This document shows, piece after piece, positions 61,441-64,000 of a DNA stretch of 64,000 bases (positions within the stretch are counted from its first letter, which is position 1; each line of letters starts with the position of its first letter). This stretch comes from Myxococcales bacterium (GTDB lineage Bacteria; Desulfobacterota; Binatia; HRBIN30): positions 1 to 64,000 of the forward strand of contig JBBILD010000006.1 in NCBI GenBank assembly GCA_037445065.1. The letters run 5' to 3'. The position numbers and the translations under genes were made by a program. A model generated the notes under the pieces. That model searched no databases and was not told the origin of the DNA. It was given only the letters and a program-made list of their open reading frames with translations.

Positions 61441-62716
61441 TGCGCAACACCTCCACCGGGGCGAGCCGGGCAGCGCGCCGTGCAGGGTAGATGGTGGCCA
61501 GGAAACAGATCAGCAAAGAGGCGAGGGCGACCACGAAAAAGTGCGCGACGTGGAAGCGCATCGGAAGCGTGTCCACGTAAAAGACGTTCTTGGGCAGCGG
61601 GATGATCGGGTAGCGCTCGACGAGAGCGGAAAAGGCAAAGGCAAGTGCGCTGCCCGTGAGCGTGCCGAGCACGCCGATCACCATGCCTTTGTAATGAAAA
61701 ATCCGGGCAATGGCCTCGGTGGTAGCACCCAGCGACTTGAGCACGGCGATATCGCGCCGTTTCTCCAGGACCACCAGAATCAGCATGGCGACGATGTTGA
61801 AGGCCGAAACCAACACGATCAGCAGCAGCACGAGAAAGTACACCGTCTTCTCCATTTGCAGTGCCGAGAACAAGGTGTGGTTGAGGTCCATCCAGTCTTC
61901 CACGACAAAGCCGCCTCCGAGCACGGCGCGCACTCGATCGCGCACCGCCCGCGCCGCTTCCAGAGATGCGGCGCGCACCTCGATCGAGGTGGCCTGGCCG
62001 GGTAGGTCGAGAAAGCGCTGTGCATCGGCCAGATTCGTGTACGCAAGCGCTGCGTCGTACTCAGCCATTGCCGATTCGAACCAGCCCACCACCACGTGGC
62101 GGCGAACGCGCGGCACCAGGCCAACGGCGGAGGGAGTGGCGAGAGGGGAGATCACGCTCACCGGGTCGCCCACCAGCAAGCCGAGCTGGCGCGCAATTTC
62201 ATGGCCCACGACGATGGCCGGCAGCTCCGCAGTGGCTCCGCCGCTGGTCACCGGATGGCGGCGGAAGAGGTCCGCGAGTTCGCCGCCCTTGAGGTGGCGG
62301 TCGAGCCGCAAAACCGCCGCCCCGGCTGCGTCAATGCCGCGCAGCTCGACTCCCGTCACGCCTCCTGGGCCGGAAAGCATCACTTGTCCACGCGCCACCG
62401 CCGCGGCTGCTGCCACGCCCGGAACTGCCCGCACCTTCGCCAAGATGGCTTCTGGATCAGCAATCGGACCGTCCTCCGCCCGTACCACCACATGCGCTTG
62501 GAACTGCAAGATGCGCTGTTTGAGGTCCTCCTCGAACCCCGTCATGACCGCCAGCACGATGTTTAGCGTTGCCACTCCCAGCACCACGCCCGCCGCGGCA
62601 ATGATGGTGATGAGGGAGATAAACCGTTCTCGCCGCCGCGCCCGCAAGTAGCGTAAGCCGATGAACAGCTCGACCGGAAGGCGGTCGTGTAGGCTGGCAA
62701 GGGAGAAGTTGTTCAT
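61433..62716 (-). CDS. Lipoprotein-releasing ABC transporter permease (LolC/E family)
   Basis: [52 protein letters not shown]. Confidence 0.92.
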   Translation of the reverse strand: MNNFSLASLHDRLPVELFIGLRYLRARRRERFISLITIIAAAGVVLGVATLNIVLAVMTGFEEDLKQRILQFQAHVVVRAEDGPIADPEAILAKVRAVPGVAAAAAVARGQVMLSGPGGVTGVELRGIDAAGAAVLRLDRHLKGGELADLFRRHPVTSGGATAELPAIVVGHEIARQLGLLVGDPVSVISPLATPSAVGLVPRVRRHVVVGWFESAMAEYDAALAYTNLADAQRFLDLPGQATSIEVRAASLEAARAVRDRVRAVLGGGFVVEDWMDLNHTLFSALQMEKTVYFLVLLLIVLVSAFNIVAMLILVVLEKRRDIAVLKSLGATTEAIARIFHYKGMVIGVLGTLTGSALAFAFSALVERYPIIPLPKNVFYVDTLPMRFHVAHFFVVALASLLICFLATIYPARRAARLAPVEVLRSE

Positions 62717-63945
62717 TCGTATCGGATCACTTCCACCGGGTCGAGCTGCGCGGCTTGCCGGGCGGGATAGAGCGTGGCCAGATAGCAGAGGACCAAGGTG
62801 ACCGCGCCGACGAGAAGGAAATACTCGGGGTACAAGCGCACGGCGAGGCGATCGATGCTGTAGACGTCCGCCGGGAGTTCCACGAACCGGTAGCGCGCCA
62901 GCAGCCATGCCACGCCCCACCCGCACAAGCTGCCGAACAGTACGCCAGCCAGGCCGAGTAGCATGCCGTTGGCAATGAAGATCCGGCGCACCGAACTCCG
63001 CGTGGCTCCCATGGACATGAGAATGGCGATGTCCTTTCGCCGCTCCATGACCACCATGATCAGCGTCGACACCACGTTGAAGGCGGCCACCAGGATGATG
63101 AGCAGAAGGACCAAAAAGTAAACCGCTTTCCCTAAGGCAAGAGCGGAAAACAAGTTGCGGTTGAGGTCGATCCAGTTGCGCACGCGGTAGGGGAAGCCGA
63201 GCTTGTCCGCCAATTGCGCTCCCACTTGCGGGGCGCGGTAAACGTCGTCCAGGCGCACTTCGACGCCTGTGGTCTTCCCTTCGAGCCCAAAGAATTTCTG
63301 TGCCAGGCGGAGGTCAATGAATGCCAGCGAAGCGTCGTACTCACCCAGCCCAGAGTCCACAATGCCGCGCACGACAAACGGTTCGATGCGCGGTACAAAG
63401 CCCACCGCTGTGGTTTGCGCGGCAGGCGAAACCATTTGCACCACGTCGCCGAGCGCGAGCTTGAGTTTTTGCGCGACCCCCTTGCCCACCACGATTCCGG
63501 GCAAGGACGAGCCACCGGAGGTCGCGGCCCCGAGGCCCTCGATGCGACCTTCGCGAAGGTAGCGCGACAGCGGCACGATTTGTTCGGACTCCTCCGTAAT
63601 CCCACGTACGAGCACCCCGGTGACTGCGTTGCCGTTACTGAGCATGGCCTGAGCGAGAACAAAAGGCGCCGCGGCGCGTACCTCCGGCTCGGCGCGCACG
63701 CGCTCGAGTAGGCGCTGTGGCTCGGAAACGGTTCCGGTGAAGCTCACCACTACCAGATGCGGATGGAAGCCGAGGATGCGGTTGCGTAGCTCTTCTTCGA
63801 AGCCGGTGTACACGGCGAGCACGACATTCAGCGTGGCCACGCCGACCACCAGGCCGAGCGCGGCAATGGTCATGCCCCAGGAGGCAAAGCCCGCACCGCG
63901 GCGGGCCCGCAGGTAGCGCAGCCCGACGGTCAGCTCGTAGCGCAT
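62713..63945 (-). CDS. Lipoprotein-releasing ABC transporter permease (LolC/E family), paralog
   Basis: [56 protein letters not shown]. Confidence 0.92.
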   Translation of the reverse strand: MRYELTVGLRYLRARRGAGFASWGMTIAALGLVVGVATLNVVLAVYTGFEEELRNRILGFHPHLVVVSFTGTVSEPQRLLERVRAEPEVRAAAPFVLAQAMLSNGNAVTGVLVRGITEESEQIVPLSRYLREGRIEGLGAATSGGSSLPGIVVGKGVAQKLKLALGDVVQMVSPAAQTTAVGFVPRIEPFVVRGIVDSGLGEYDASLAFIDLRLAQKFFGLEGKTTGVEVRLDDVYRAPQVGAQLADKLGFPYRVRNWIDLNRNLFSALALGKAVYFLVLLLIILVAAFNVVSTLIMVVMERRKDIAILMSMGATRSSVRRIFIANGMLLGLAGVLFGSLCGWGVAWLLARYRFVELPADVYSIDRLAVRLYPEYFLLVGAVTLVLCYLATLYPARQAAQLDPVEVIRYE

Positions 63946-64000
63946 CGTGGAGGTGCAGCCGCGCGCCAGGCCACCGAGGGGGGCAGAGCCAGGGGCCCCA

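Noticed and set aside
61433..63945. Two tandem LolC/E permeases considered as a novelty
   Set aside because: Paired LolC/LolE-type permeases next to lolD and bamA are a common arrangement.

Overview
High-GC bacterial chromosomal segment. The gene order (valS-nadC-birA-coaX-fusA paralog; lolC/E-lolD-bamA) and one lineage-typical hypothetical suggest a deltaproteobacterial-grade organism, possibly Ca. Binatia (inference). The window opens inside a probable anti-phage module: a MAD7/DptG-like gene and a 1652-aa MAD8/DptH-like PD-(D/E)xK nuclease plus HerA/FtsK-type ATPase, followed by a cluster of REP-like palindromes. Most of the rest is housekeeping: dnaB, surE, nagA, arsC, radC, purA, serA, folE, queE, glycerate kinase, dksA, valS, nadC, birA, two coaX, an EF-G paralog, fadD, tonB, bamA and lol genes. 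The less ordinary items are: (1) a ZTP (pfl) riboswitch in front of an aminotransferase-serA-purA unit; (2) a B12-type CarH/LitR photoreceptor with a visible operator, heading a furan/cyclopropane fatty-acid-type cluster; (3) a 67-aa stand-alone sigma70 region-4-like protein buried in a longer ORF call; (4) a secreted protein with two mirror-symmetric 12-Cys repeats; (5) tandem coaX paralogs, one with both phosphate-loop glycines replaced; (6) a homoserine-kinase-like pseudokinase; (7) a beta-helix/diheme cytochrome c fusion; (8) an ARPP-1/DUF6569 gene with a repeat-flanked promoter; (9) a frameshifted surface-protein pseudogene. I saw no rRNA, tRNA, CRISPR array or intact transposase. All family assignments come from motif recognition by eye, not from database searches.
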